Below are positions 1-8,535 of a DNA stretch of 64,000 nucleotides, one piece after another (position 1 is the first letter of the stretch; each line of letters opens with the position of its first letter). Below the pieces are notes generated by a model. The model was not told where the DNA came from, searched no databases, and was given only the letters and a program-made list of their open reading frames with translations. The stretch lies in the NCBI GenBank assembly GCA_963849365.1, contig CAWKHA010000004.1, forward strand, positions 1,570,051-1,634,050, given 5' to 3'. A program made the position numbers and the translations under genes. The DNA is from an uncultured Actinomycetota bacterium (GTDB lineage: Bacteria; Actinomycetota; Actinomycetes; Prado026).

Positions 1-555
1 CGACCGCCGGCAACCTCACGGGCAACAAGGCCCGGAACCGAGGACACCGTGACGCGCTCCCTTGAGACCCGAGTCGCCAAGCTTGGCTTCCCGAGCCCCA
101 TGACCGCATTCTCCTCAGCGCACTTCGCCGCTGCGACACGAGCCCGCGGGTAGAGAAGCGTTCAACAGGATGCTGGCGACGACACCTCGGTCCTGCACCG
201 GCGCGGCACCACTCCGCCGTTTGCATGCAGTCCTCGACAGGGAAACCGCGAACGTGGTCGATGATGAAGCGCATCTCCACCCCCCAGTTCGCTCGAGCCA
301 CGCCAGCACCCTCCGCGATGGCAGTCATCACCTCATCAACAGGCATCCCCTTGAACCGAAGATGTGTGCCAGCGGTGAAGGTCACCTCGGCGTAACGCAC
401 ACCGTTTGCCGATAGGTCCTCTCCGAGCTGCTCAGTATCTAGCTTGAAGGCCTCGGGCCTCGCCAGGGCGTAAGTGGTCTCGCCGTACAGCTCCATGAGT
501 GCTCGAAGCTTGAGAACCTGAAGTACTCGCGGACGCCAGCTAGTGCCGTGTCAGG
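1..555 (-). pseudogene. adenosine/adenine deaminase-like amidohydrolase remnant, 5' truncated and running off the window edge
   Basis: Minus-strand frame reads LYGETTYALARPEAFKLDTEQLGEDLSANGVRYAEVTFTAGTHLRFKGMPVDEVMTAIAEGAGVARANWGVEMRFIIDHVRGFP, like the DGVxYxEVRF...EVxxAVxxG block of adenosine deaminases. An in-frame TGA near 556 removes the N-terminal HxH region. The expected RGVV continuation appears only in another frame (shift near 190-200). Confidence 0.3.
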
Positions 556-588
556 CAACGTTTGCCTTCTTGATGATCTCGGTGAGTG

Positions 589-795
589 AAACTGGGCTTC
601 GATCCGGTTCAGCCAGGACGCGTAGAACGGGACGTAGGCCAGCTCGAGGTTGTTCGCCGCGGCCCAGTCCCCGACCCGGGTGTCCGTGGCGGTGGAACGG
701 TGGCGGCTCCAGTTGTCCAGGACGATTGCGATCCGCACTCCGGGTGGGTGCTGGCGTGGGAGACGCGCTGCCGCTGAGCCAAATGCACCGAAGTG
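589..795 (-). mobile_element. IS630-family transposase C-terminal fragment (no intact IS, no terminal repeats seen)
   Basis: RIAIVLDNWSRHRS...AAANNLELAYVPFYASWLNRIEAQF resembles the LDNxxxH...P.Y.P.LN.IE..W region of IS630/Tc1-type DDE transposases. There is a stop at 796-798 upstream, and the frame degenerates after AQF. Confidence 0.5.
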
Positions 796-891
796 TCACA
801 TTGCGCGTGCGCTCCCGACCGAGGGACTCGATACGGCCGGATCGATGTCGTTGCCGCGTCGGACAGCGTGGCTCCTTGACATCAAAATGCA

Positions 892-908
892 ATATCGTGA
901 TGAGACAT
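892..908. promoter_or_regulatory. weak RTATCG-N5-CGATAY box upstream of racemase-like gene 1
   Basis: ATATCG tgatg AGACAT, with TTGACA at 876-881 just upstream. The right half-site is poor. Confidence 0.35.
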
Positions 909-1045
909 TGCCGGTGATCTCGATCTGGATGGCGATCGATGCAACAGCGCGAGTTGCGGTCGGGTGCCCCGCATGCCGGTGTAGTGGGACTCGGCTGCAT
1001 GGGCATGTCTTTCGGCTATCCGTGTCTGCGTGGAGAGGACTCAGC

Positions 1046-1795
1046 ATGGCGAAGCTCACTGGAGGCCGCACCCTTTACGGTCATGCGCTTGGTGTGATCA
1101 TGCTTGACACCGTGTTTCCGCGAGTGCCCGGCGACGTCGGCAACGCCCTCACCTGGCCGTTTCCGGTGCGATACCGGATCGTGCCCGGCGCGCGCGTTGC
1201 CCAGGTCATCGGGCCGGAGCCGGATTTCTCGCTGCTCGAACCACTGCTGGATGCTGCGCGTGAGCTCGAGGCCGACGGCGTGCGAGCGATCACGACCAGT
1301 TGCGGGCTGCTGGCGATGTTCCAGCGCGAAATGGCCGCTGCGGTTTCGGTTCCGGTCCTCACGTCGGCGCTCTTGCAGATGCCCCTGGTGGCGCAGCTGA
1401 TCCGGCCCGACCAGGCGATCGGCGTCCTTACTGCCCGCGTAAGTGAACTCACCGCACGGCATTTTGCCTATGCCGGGTGGTCGGTTGACCAAGTGCCGGT
1501 GCGGGTGGGCGAGGTCGCGCCGGATGCGCTGCTCCACACCGTATACACCGACGACGCCGCCGTGGCCGACATTGAGGCGCTCGAAGCCGAACTGGTCGAC
1601 GCCGCGAGGCACCTTGTGCACGAGCACCCCGACGTCGGAGTGCTCCTGCTGGAGTGCACCAATTTCGTTCCGTTCAGCCAGGCGATTCGCGCCGCCACGG
1701 GCCGTCCCGTGTTCGACCTCTTCACGCTGGTCATGCAGATCTACAACGCGACCGCCGGTCACGATTTCACCCGCCGCGGACCCGCCGATCTTTGA
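1046..1795 (+). CDS. Asp/Glu/hydantoin racemase superfamily protein (paralog 1 of 3)
   Basis: ATG 1046 follows GGAGAGGA (1032-1039). MAKLTGGRTLYGHALGVIMLDTVFPRVPGDVGNALTWPFPV... aligns end to end with the products of 17089-17862(-) and 36383-37168(-). The ORF-track start at 650 is rejected because that N-terminus looks non-coding. Confidence 0.8.
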   Translation: MAKLTGGRTLYGHALGVIMLDTVFPRVPGDVGNALTWPFPVRYRIVPGARVAQVIGPEPDFSLLEPLLDAARELEADGVRAITTSCGLLAMFQREMAAAVSVPVLTSALLQMPLVAQLIRPDQAIGVLTARVSELTARHFAYAGWSVDQVPVRVGEVAPDALLHTVYTDDAAVADIEALEAELVDAARHLVHEHPDVGVLLLECTNFVPFSQAIRAATGRPVFDLFTLVMQIYNATAGHDFTRRGPADL

Positions 1796-1824
1796 TACCG
1801 AACGGCGATACCGTGTTACGATAT
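1795..1824. promoter_or_regulatory. two overlapping RTATCG-N5-CGATAY boxes plus -10 element of the aminotransferase gene
   Basis: ATACCG aacgg CGATAC (1795-1811) and ATACCG tgtta CGATAT (1808-1824). TACGAT at 1817-1822 is followed 6 nt later by ATG 1829, a leaderless layout. Confidence 0.6.
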
Positions 1825-1828
1825 TGTG

Positions 1829-2779
1829 ATGGGCTCCACGTTCAGCTGGATGGACGGACGGCTCGTACCGGAGGCAGACGCTGCGCTCCCGGTCACGAGC
1901 GAGGCGGTATTGCGTGGGGCGACCGTCTTCGAGGGCGTCCGCGCATATCAAGGTGACGACGGTGAGCTGCTCCTCTTCCGGCTCGGTGATCACCTCGACC
2001 GGTTGTTCGAGACATCGATGAAGTTCCTGCGGATGCGCCTCGCGTACGGGCGGGACGAACTCACCGAGGCCATCTTCACGCTGCTCGAGGCGAACGCAAT
2101 CGCGGCCGACGCGTACATCCGTGTCAACATCTACCTGGGCGAGCCGCTGGCGTATGGCGACGCGGACACACCCACCGGCGCATTCATCCTCGCCGAAGAA
2201 GGCTTCAAGCCGGCGCCGTCGTCGATGCGAGTCACGCTCAGTCCGTGGCGGCGCATGAGCGATCTGATGCTGCCGCCGCGCGTGAAGTCGAGCGCCAACT
2301 ACCTGAACAGCCGGATCGCGATGCTAGACGCGCGGCGCAAGGGCTTCGACACTGCGGTGCTGCTCAACGAGCGTGGCAAGGTGTCCGAGGGCCCGGCCAT
2401 GAATGTGTTCATGGTCCGGTCCGGCCGGCTGATCACGCCGCGTGCTACGGACGGCATTCTCGAAGGCATCACCCGTGCGACCGTCATCGAGATCGCAGCG
2501 CGAGAGTTAGGCATTCCGGTCGACGAGCGGGAGATCGACCCGACCGAGCTGTACCTCGCGAACGAGATGTTCCTGTGCGGCACAGCGTTCGAGATCGCCC
2601 CGGTCAGCGAGGTTGACGGCTACGACATCGGCAACGGCCAGGCCGGACCGATCACCGCCAGCCTCCAGGAGTGCTACGCCGAGTACGTTCGCGGTCGACG
2701 CGTTGCCCCCGACGGGTGGGTCACCCCAGTCGTCCGTGGCCGGCGGATCTTCCCGGCGCACCCGGCTAAGAACTCCTGA
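1829..2779 (+). CDS. fold-type IV PLP aminotransferase (branched-chain / D-amino-acid aminotransferase family)
   Basis: VFEGVRAY, KSSANYLNSRIAMLDARRKGFDTAVLLNERGKVSEGPAMNVFMV and GILEGITR blocks are typical of class IV aminotransferases. GTG 1826 is an alternative start. Confidence 0.85.
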   Translation: MGSTFSWMDGRLVPEADAALPVTSEAVLRGATVFEGVRAYQGDDGELLLFRLGDHLDRLFETSMKFLRMRLAYGRDELTEAIFTLLEANAIAADAYIRVNIYLGEPLAYGDADTPTGAFILAEEGFKPAPSSMRVTLSPWRRMSDLMLPPRVKSSANYLNSRIAMLDARRKGFDTAVLLNERGKVSEGPAMNVFMVRSGRLITPRATDGILEGITRATVIEIAARELGIPVDEREIDPTELYLANEMFLCGTAFEIAPVSEVDGYDIGNGQAGPITASLQECYAEYVRGRRVAPDGWVTPVVRGRRIFPAHPAKNS

Positions 2780-2782
2780 CTG

Positions 2783-3772
2783 TCAACCGCTCGCCACCCT
2801 GTCGTACGCCTCGAGCGCGGTGCGCAGAACGCGCGTCCAGTACGCCCTCTCCGAGCCGGCTGCAAGGTGTGGCGTGATGATCACGTTGTCACCGGCGAGG
2901 GCAAGCAGAGGGTGCTCCTTCGGCAGCGGCTCATAGTGGAAGACGTCCAACGCAGCGCCGGCGATCTGGCCCTCGCGCAGCGCCGCGACGAGCGCGTCCT
3001 CGTCGAGGATCCGACCGCGCGAGGTGTTTATCAGGAACGCTGAGTTCTTCACCATCGCAAATTCCCGGGCGCCGAACTGGCCTTCGTTGCCGCCGGGCCC
3101 TTCCTGCAGGCGATGGTGCAGCGTGATGAAATCGCATTCCCGAATGAGGTCGTCGAACTCGCGCCACTCGAGATGCAGTCGCTCTTCATCGGCTTCCGGC
3201 AGTCGGTGGCGCTGCGTGTACCGCAGCCGCGCACCGAACGGCGCCAGCATCTGGGCCACCGATGAGCCGATCGCACCGACGCCAATGATGCCGACGACCT
3301 TCTCGAACAGGAACCCGGAACTCTGCAGCTGCGTCCAGTTGTAGACGTACCGCGCCTGGGTGGTCAGCGCCGGTTCGTCGCGGCCCGGTGCCCAAGGGTG
3401 CTCGGTTGCCGTCCGTGCGAGGGCGAGCAGGTTCCGCGCCAGCGCGAGGATCATCGTGACGGCGTATTCCGCGACAACATGGTGTCCCTGCTGCCTCTCT
3501 GTGGACAACCGGACAATCTGGACGTCGTCGAGGCCGCTCGGGATGTCATCGGTGTTCGTGGTGGCGATCAGCCGAAGGCTCGGGCGGGCCCGCCTGACCA
3601 CGCCGGCCTCGAGCGGTCTGTCGACCGCGAGGATCACCGCTGCGTCATCCGGCTCGTCGGCGAGCACCCACCCCTCGGGCAGCGCGGCCTGCAAGGCGGC
3701 AACCGCCTCCGTTGCGAACGTACTTTCCGCGAGCAGCGGATGGAGCCGGTGAGCTGCGTCCGAGTCCTGCAC
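2783..3772 (-). CDS. D-isomer-specific 2-hydroxyacid dehydrogenase family (paralog 1)
   Basis: VGIIGVGAIGSSVA Rossmann motif, FLINTSRGRILDEDALVAALREGQIAGAALDVFHYEPLP and ITPHLAAGS. GTG 3772 follows AGGTGG and gives 329 aa, matching paralog 11711-12697. The ORF-track start at 3820 overlaps an operator box. Confidence 0.85.
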   Translation of the reverse strand: MQDSDAAHRLHPLLAESTFATEAVAALQAALPEGWVLADEPDDAAVILAVDRPLEAGVVRRARPSLRLIATTNTDDIPSGLDDVQIVRLSTERQQGHHVVAEYAVTMILALARNLLALARTATEHPWAPGRDEPALTTQARYVYNWTQLQSSGFLFEKVVGIIGVGAIGSSVAQMLAPFGARLRYTQRHRLPEADEERLHLEWREFDDLIRECDFITLHHRLQEGPGGNEGQFGAREFAMVKNSAFLINTSRGRILDEDALVAALREGQIAGAALDVFHYEPLPKEHPLLALAGDNVIITPHLAAGSERAYWTRVLRTALEAYDRVASG

Positions 3773-3811
3773 GACTTGCCACCTACCCTTCGTCTCGCAC
3801 CCGGAGTCTAG

Positions 3812-3858
3812 ATGTCGCAAACCGATATTGCCTGAATGCTAGTATCGGAATACGATAC
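3812..3858. promoter_or_regulatory. two RTATCG-N5-CGATAY boxes (one perfect) upstream of 2-hydroxyacid dehydrogenase 1
   Basis: ATGTCG caaac CGATAT (3812-3828) and perfect palindrome GTATCG gaata CGATAC (3842-3858). Confidence 0.65.
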
Positions 3859-3912
3859 CGATGAGGAGTCAGGAGCGTTGATGGCGCAGTACACCGACGA
3901 CCGGCGACTGGG

Positions 3913-4266
3913 TCATGTGCAGCAACGACGGCACGGGTCGGGCCCTTGTTGATCCTGGTGTTGGCCTGAGGTCATGCTCGGCCTGGTCCGCGCCTGGATG
4001 CCCCGCAGCAGCGCCGCAACCTCGCCGAGCACACACTCCTGCAACGCGTCCGTGGCGGAGTCCCCGCCCGGCTCAACGTCGACGGTCAGGCGGATGTTCA
4101 TCAGCAGCCGACGGATGAAGTCGGCCCACTCGGGGGCCAGTTCACCCTCGTCATCGACCTGCCGCTTCAGAAGCTGGAGCATCAGGAGCTGCTCCTCGAA
4201 CAGCTTGCGGCGCCGCTCTAGTCCGCCTCGCGCCTGGCGACGCAGCGACCTGCGAACCGCTCGCAC
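3913..4266 (-). CDS. hypothetical helical protein (start uncertain)
   Basis: High third-position GC over ...LERRRKLFEEQLLMLQLLKRQVDDEGELAPEWADFIRRLLMNIRLTVDVEPGGDSATDALQECVLGEVAALLRGIQ. No family recognised. GTG 4266 is the candidate start. Confidence 0.3.
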   Translation of the reverse strand: MRAVRRSLRRQARGGLERRRKLFEEQLLMLQLLKRQVDDEGELAPEWADFIRRLLMNIRLTVDVEPGGDSATDALQECVLGEVAALLRGIQARTRPSMTSGQHQDQQGPDPCRRCCT

Positions 4267-4361
4267 CTTCCATCCAGAGGTCCAACAACGTCCGCAAGTC
4301 GGCGCGGTTACTCCGTCATGGATGCTGATGACGACTACGCCGGGTTCACTGAGAGGTCTCC

Positions 4362-5249
4362 ATGACAGAGCTGCACGGGGTCCTGACCGCACTCGCCACG
4401 CCGTTCGGGCCGGACGGGGCCATCGACACCACGCTGCTGGGCAGGCTGGTCGACCGCAGCATCGACGGCGGGGTGCACGGCGTGGTCGCGTGCGGGTCGA
4501 CGGGTGAGTTCGCGGCGATGACGAGCGCGGAGCGCCGCCTGGTGGTCGAGACGGTGGTCGACCACGTGGGTGGTCGCGTACCCGTCGTGGCGCAGACCGG
4601 CGCGACGAGCACCGCGGAGGCCATCGAGCTGTCGCGGCATGCGCAGGGCGCCGGGGCCTCGGTCGTCATGGTGGTCGCGCCGTACTACGAGCCGCTCACC
4701 CTGGACGAGACGCTCGACTACCTGCGTGCCGTCGCCGACGCAGTCCAGATCCCGGTCATGCTCTACAACCTGCCCTCGGCGACCGGCGTCAACCTCGCGC
4801 CGGATACTGTCGGGCAGCTCGCGCGCGAGGTCGAGAACATCCGGTACATCAAGGACACCAGCGCCGACATGGCCCAGGCGGGCCGGCTCATCCACACGTA
4901 CGGGGACCTGGTCGGCACCTTCGTCGGCTGGGACAGCCTGCTCCTCGCCGCGCTCACCGAGGGCGCCGCCGGGGTGATGGCCGGCACCGCCAACGTGATG
5001 CCCGCCGAGCTGGTGTCGATCCACGACGCACTCGCTGCCGGGGACCTCGACCGGGCGCAGTCGGAGTGGGCGACGATCTACTCGCTGATGGACGCGATCG
5101 TTTCCGCGCCATTCATCCCGGCCGTCAAGGCCGCCCTGAACGCGCTCGGGTTCCCCGCCGGCAGCCCCCGGCCGCCGTTGCACGATCTCGACGGGGCCGC
5201 CGCGGCCCGGATCGGCTCACTCGCGGCCGCCCTGCTCCAGCCTGTCTGA
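4362..5249 (+). CDS. DapA/DHDPS-N-acetylneuraminate lyase family class I aldolase/lyase
   Basis: GVLTALATPF, GVVACGSTGEFAAMTSAER, MLYNLPSATG and IRYIKDTS blocks. RBS GAGAGG lies before the ATG. No operator box upstream. Confidence 0.85.
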   Translation: MTELHGVLTALATPFGPDGAIDTTLLGRLVDRSIDGGVHGVVACGSTGEFAAMTSAERRLVVETVVDHVGGRVPVVAQTGATSTAEAIELSRHAQGAGASVVMVVAPYYEPLTLDETLDYLRAVADAVQIPVMLYNLPSATGVNLAPDTVGQLAREVENIRYIKDTSADMAQAGRLIHTYGDLVGTFVGWDSLLLAALTEGAAGVMAGTANVMPAELVSIHDALAAGDLDRAQSEWATIYSLMDAIVSAPFIPAVKAALNALGFPAGSPRPPLHDLDGAAAARIGSLAAALLQPV

Positions 5250-5312
5250 TCCCGCGCAGCAACCGCATCAGCCTCCACCGAACCGGTGGCGCTGGCGAGA
5301 GGAGCCGGAGAA

Positions 5313-6493
5313 TTGGAGACCTGGATTCTTGCCGGTCAGTCCGGCATGGAAGGTCGGGGGTTGCTCCACGACCCGCGGGCGCTACTGGAGCCGGTCGACG
5401 GGGTCCGTGCGCTGAACAGCGCCGGCGAGTGGGAGGTCGCAGCCGACCCCCTGTACCGTATGTGGGAGAGTCTCACTCCCATTCATCGCGTCCTGTCGCG
5501 GCGAAGCTCGAACGAAATGAACCGCACTTGCAGCATCTCACCGATGCTGAGCTGGCCCGCCGCGATCGACTTCACGGCAAGGCCGGCGCGGGACTCAGCG
5601 TCGCATTTGGACAAGCGCTCGCCCAGGCCAAGGGCACGCAGATCGGGCTCATTCCGGCTGCCCACGGGGGCACTTCGCTGGAAGAGTGGCGCGTAGGGCC
5701 GGTGCCCGACGGCGGACAAACCTTGTTCGGGAGTCTGTGGGAGCGAGTCTTGCGGGCTCGCGCGACCGCCCCGGCGAAGCTCGCTGGAATTCTCTGGTAC
5801 CAGGGCGAGAGCGATGGCACCCTGGAGGACTCCGCGTCCTATGCGCAGCAGTTCGACACCTGGGTGAACGACGTCCGGGAGCTGCTCGAAGAGACCCGGC
5901 TTCCGGTGTACATCGTTCAACTCAGCCGAATGGTCGCCACGGAGCTCGGCCCTGGCGTCCCACCCGAAGGCTGGGTTCCGGCCGGCTGGGACGTCGTCCG
6001 GGAGGCGCAGCGCACCGCACCGGATCGATTGGCTGACGTCGGGGTGGTTTCTGCCATCGACCTGGGCCTCGTCGACGATTGCCACGTCGACAGCGCAGGA
6101 TTGGTTCGGCTCGGACGTCGGCTGGCTCGCCTCGCCCTAAGCGACGGGCGAGCGCCTCGCGTCGTACGAGTGGAGCGCGGACCCGATGCCGGCAACGGTC
6201 TGCACCAGGTCCGTGTCGTCTGCGATGAGGTCGACGGTGGTTGGCGACCGGCTAGCCATATCACCGGATTCGAAATCCGTGACGCCTCGAATGAGCGGCA
6301 TCGAGAGGTTGACGTCGTCGACGCCCATCCCGATTGGGATGACCCGCGGAACATCAATATCGTTCTCAACAGCGAAGGTGACTTCGATCCACAGATGAGA
6401 GTTGGCTACGGTCTGGGCTTCAACCCTCCCTGTACGGCTGTCGACGCTGCGGATATGGCGATGCCTGCTTTTGCCCCGCAGGCGGTCGCCTGA
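5313..6493 (+). pseudogene. SGNH/DUF303 sialate-O-acetylesterase-like hydrolase, frameshifted
   Basis: The N-terminal ETWILAGQSGMEGRG (GQSNM-type catalytic Ser motif) is in the frame of ORF 5286-5696. The downstream IGLIPAAHGGTSLEEW and ILWYQGESD blocks are in the frame of ORF 5066-6493. The frames must switch between about 5490 and 5575. Confidence 0.6.
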
Positions 6494-6542
6494 AGTAGGA
6501 GGAGATCGACCGCCGACGCGACGGACCGCGCTCCTTACCCGT

Positions 6543-7976
6543 CTATGAGCGAGCTTCATCTGTGGCAGGGCGCAACATGGCACGGCCGGAGCGGCCGACT
6601 GTCGACGGCACGTGTGCGGCGACTGCGTCAACTCCGAGGCGCCCTGTGAAGACCATCCCGATGGTGAGCACCACCGTCATCGTCAGATTCATGATCAGGA
6701 AGGTCGTGTCAAAGCTGAGCGCTCCACGTGCAGCCGTGGCCACGAGCACGCCACCCAACCCGGTCAGCACAGCTGTCCCTGCCGCTCCCGCCAACTGAGT
6801 TGCGGCGGAATTGAAGCCGCGCTCTTCCTCAGTGGTCCGCCTCTGCACCAGCACGTTGACGGTCGTCATGGTGAGCCCGGCTCCAACACTTGCCAGACAC
6901 GAGGCAGCCAGCGCCCACCAGCCGGAAACCGTCGGAAAGGCGACGGCCGCGGCTACGAGAGTCGCGAGCGCGGTAAGGCCGAAGCCGAGCCTGACGAGCC
7001 GAATCCGGTAGACCTCATCGTCGCCCCGGGTCGGTCGGCTCTGCAGCCAGGATCCGACGGACCAGGCCGTCCCACCTACGGCAAGTGGCAGCCCGGCAAG
7101 CATTGGGCTGTACCCGTGCTGGACGGTCAGCATCAGCGGAATAACGGACTCGAGCCCCATCACGACGCCGGCGAGGATACCGCGAAGACCGATCGGCGCG
7201 GCTACGCCTCGGCGCAGCTGGAACGTCCCGCTGGGCAGCACGCCGCGCAGCCCCCAGGCGAGCAGCAGTCCAGAGCAGGTGGCGACGCCGACGAGGACCG
7301 GCCACGCCGGCGGGTGCTGGCCTACGTGCTCCAGAACCGCAATGGCAGCCGCGACGCCGAGCGCGAACGCCAGGTTCTTGCGACGCATGGCCGGCGCCGC
7401 GGGCCGGTGCAGCGCGCGCAGCACTGGGACCATCAGCAGCATAGCCACGACGGCGAGCGGAATGAGTCCGAAGAACGTCCATCGCCAGCTCGTGTACTGG
7501 GCGATGACCCCGGCGACCAACGGCCCCATCAGGGAGGGGACGACGAAGGTATATCCGATGACCGACTGGACCCTGGGCGCCTTCGCGGCCGAGAACATTC
7601 TGCCGATCACGACGTACACCGAGGTGAGCAGCATCCCGGTGCCGCAACCTTGGAGCAAGCGACCCACGATCACCCAGCTCATCGTCGGCGCCGCACCAAT
7701 CGCTAGCGAGCTCAATGGGAAGAGCAACATGCCTGCTATCAGCGGCGATCGAGGCCCGCGGGTGTCGCTGTACTGCGCCGCCAGAACAAGTCCGACGATC
7801 TTCGCCGTGACGAACCCGGTATAGACCCAGCCAAACGACCCGATACCGCCAAGGTCCTTAGCCGCCGTCGGCAGCACTGCGCCGGCCGACGTCTCCTGAA
7901 AGGCCATCAGCGTGAAGAGAACGAACACCCCGACCAACGTCGCCCGTTCACGCGCGTCAAACGAGGTAGATGGCAT
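6543..7976 (-). CDS. MFS transporter (paralog of 38597-39991)
   Basis: Many hydrophobic spans. MPSTSFDARERATLVGVFVLFTLMAFQETSAGAVLPTAAKDLG... aligns with the MFS at 38597-39991. ATG 7976 follows AGGAAG. Confidence 0.85.
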   Translation of the reverse strand: MPSTSFDARERATLVGVFVLFTLMAFQETSAGAVLPTAAKDLGGIGSFGWVYTGFVTAKIVGLVLAAQYSDTRGPRSPLIAGMLLFPLSSLAIGAAPTMSWVIVGRLLQGCGTGMLLTSVYVVIGRMFSAAKAPRVQSVIGYTFVVPSLMGPLVAGVIAQYTSWRWTFFGLIPLAVVAMLLMVPVLRALHRPAAPAMRRKNLAFALGVAAAIAVLEHVGQHPPAWPVLVGVATCSGLLLAWGLRGVLPSGTFQLRRGVAAPIGLRGILAGVVMGLESVIPLMLTVQHGYSPMLAGLPLAVGGTAWSVGSWLQSRPTRGDDEVYRIRLVRLGFGLTALATLVAAAVAFPTVSGWWALAASCLASVGAGLTMTTVNVLVQRRTTEEERGFNSAATQLAGAAGTAVLTGLGGVLVATAARGALSFDTTFLIMNLTMTVVLTIGMVFTGRLGVDAVAAHVPSTVGRSGRAMLRPATDEARS

Positions 7977-8001
7977 GAGTCTTCCTGGCCGCGCCCTAGC
8001 C

Positions 8002-8031
8002 GTATCAGATACCGATATCAGCAAAGAATAC
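8002..8031. promoter_or_regulatory. two overlapping RTATCG-N5-CGATAY boxes in the MFS / cupin divergent region
   Basis: GTATCA gatac CGATAT (8002-8018) and ATATCA gcaaa GAATAC (8015-8031). Confidence 0.65.
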
Positions 8032-8160
8032 GAGTGCACGAGGGTTATCTCCACCGTGGACCACATCGTGGAAGCACGACGACCATGTGACCGTGCTGCA
8101 GCGTCTGTGCCGAACGCGGTCGTCCACCGGCTGCCATGCGGAGGGTGCTGTCGGGTAGCG

Positions 8161-8177
8161 ATATCGTGCTAGGATAC
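8161..8177. promoter_or_regulatory. RTATCG-N5-CGATAY box overlapping the extended -10 of the cupin gene
   Basis: ATATCG tgcta GGATAC. TGcTAGGAT extended -10 (8167-8175), with ATG 8182 seven nt after the -10, a leaderless layout. Confidence 0.65.
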
Positions 8178-8181
8178 AGCG

Positions 8182-8535
8182 ATGACAGATGTCGAGCGGC
8201 TGTTGCCTGCACGCTTGCGCGCGCTGCTGCCTCGACGTGGAGACGCCGTCCCCGCGTACTGGCTGAGAGCGCCCGGCTGCGATGTGTTGTTCGTGGTGGC
8301 GCCGGCGGGGAGCAGCCTGGCGCCACACGTTCACGACACTGACAACGCCACTGTCGTGGTGTCCGGCGAGACGGTCTTGACGACGGCCCGGGGGGAGGAG
8401 CGATACAGCCAGGGACAGTGGTACGAGACGCGCGCAAACGAGCAGCACAGCGTGCGGTTCGAGGTCCCCACGCTCCAGGTCGAGCTGCGCTTTTCCGGAT
8501 CGACGAACCGCGACGGCTCACGTCCGCACGACTAA
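8182..8535 (+). CDS. cupin-fold protein
   Basis: 117 aa with SSLAPHVHDTDNATVVVSGE...W...EQHSV, a cupin-like metal motif spacing. Convergent 4-nt overlap with the next gene. Confidence 0.65.
   Translation: MTDVERLLPARLRALLPRRGDAVPAYWLRAPGCDVLFVVAPAGSSLAPHVHDTDNATVVVSGETVLTTARGEERYSQGQWYETRANEQHSVRFEVPTLQVELRFSGSTNRDGSRPHD

Noticed and set aside
3881-3952. 23-codon ORF MAQYTDDRRLGHVQQRRHGSGPC with a strong GAGGAG...AGGAG RBS-like string just downstream of the perfect box at 3842
   Set aside because: It is too short, has no second copy in the window, and overlaps the 3' end of the convergent hypothetical ORF. The purine-rich string may be fortuitous. It could be a leader peptide, but I cannot support it.
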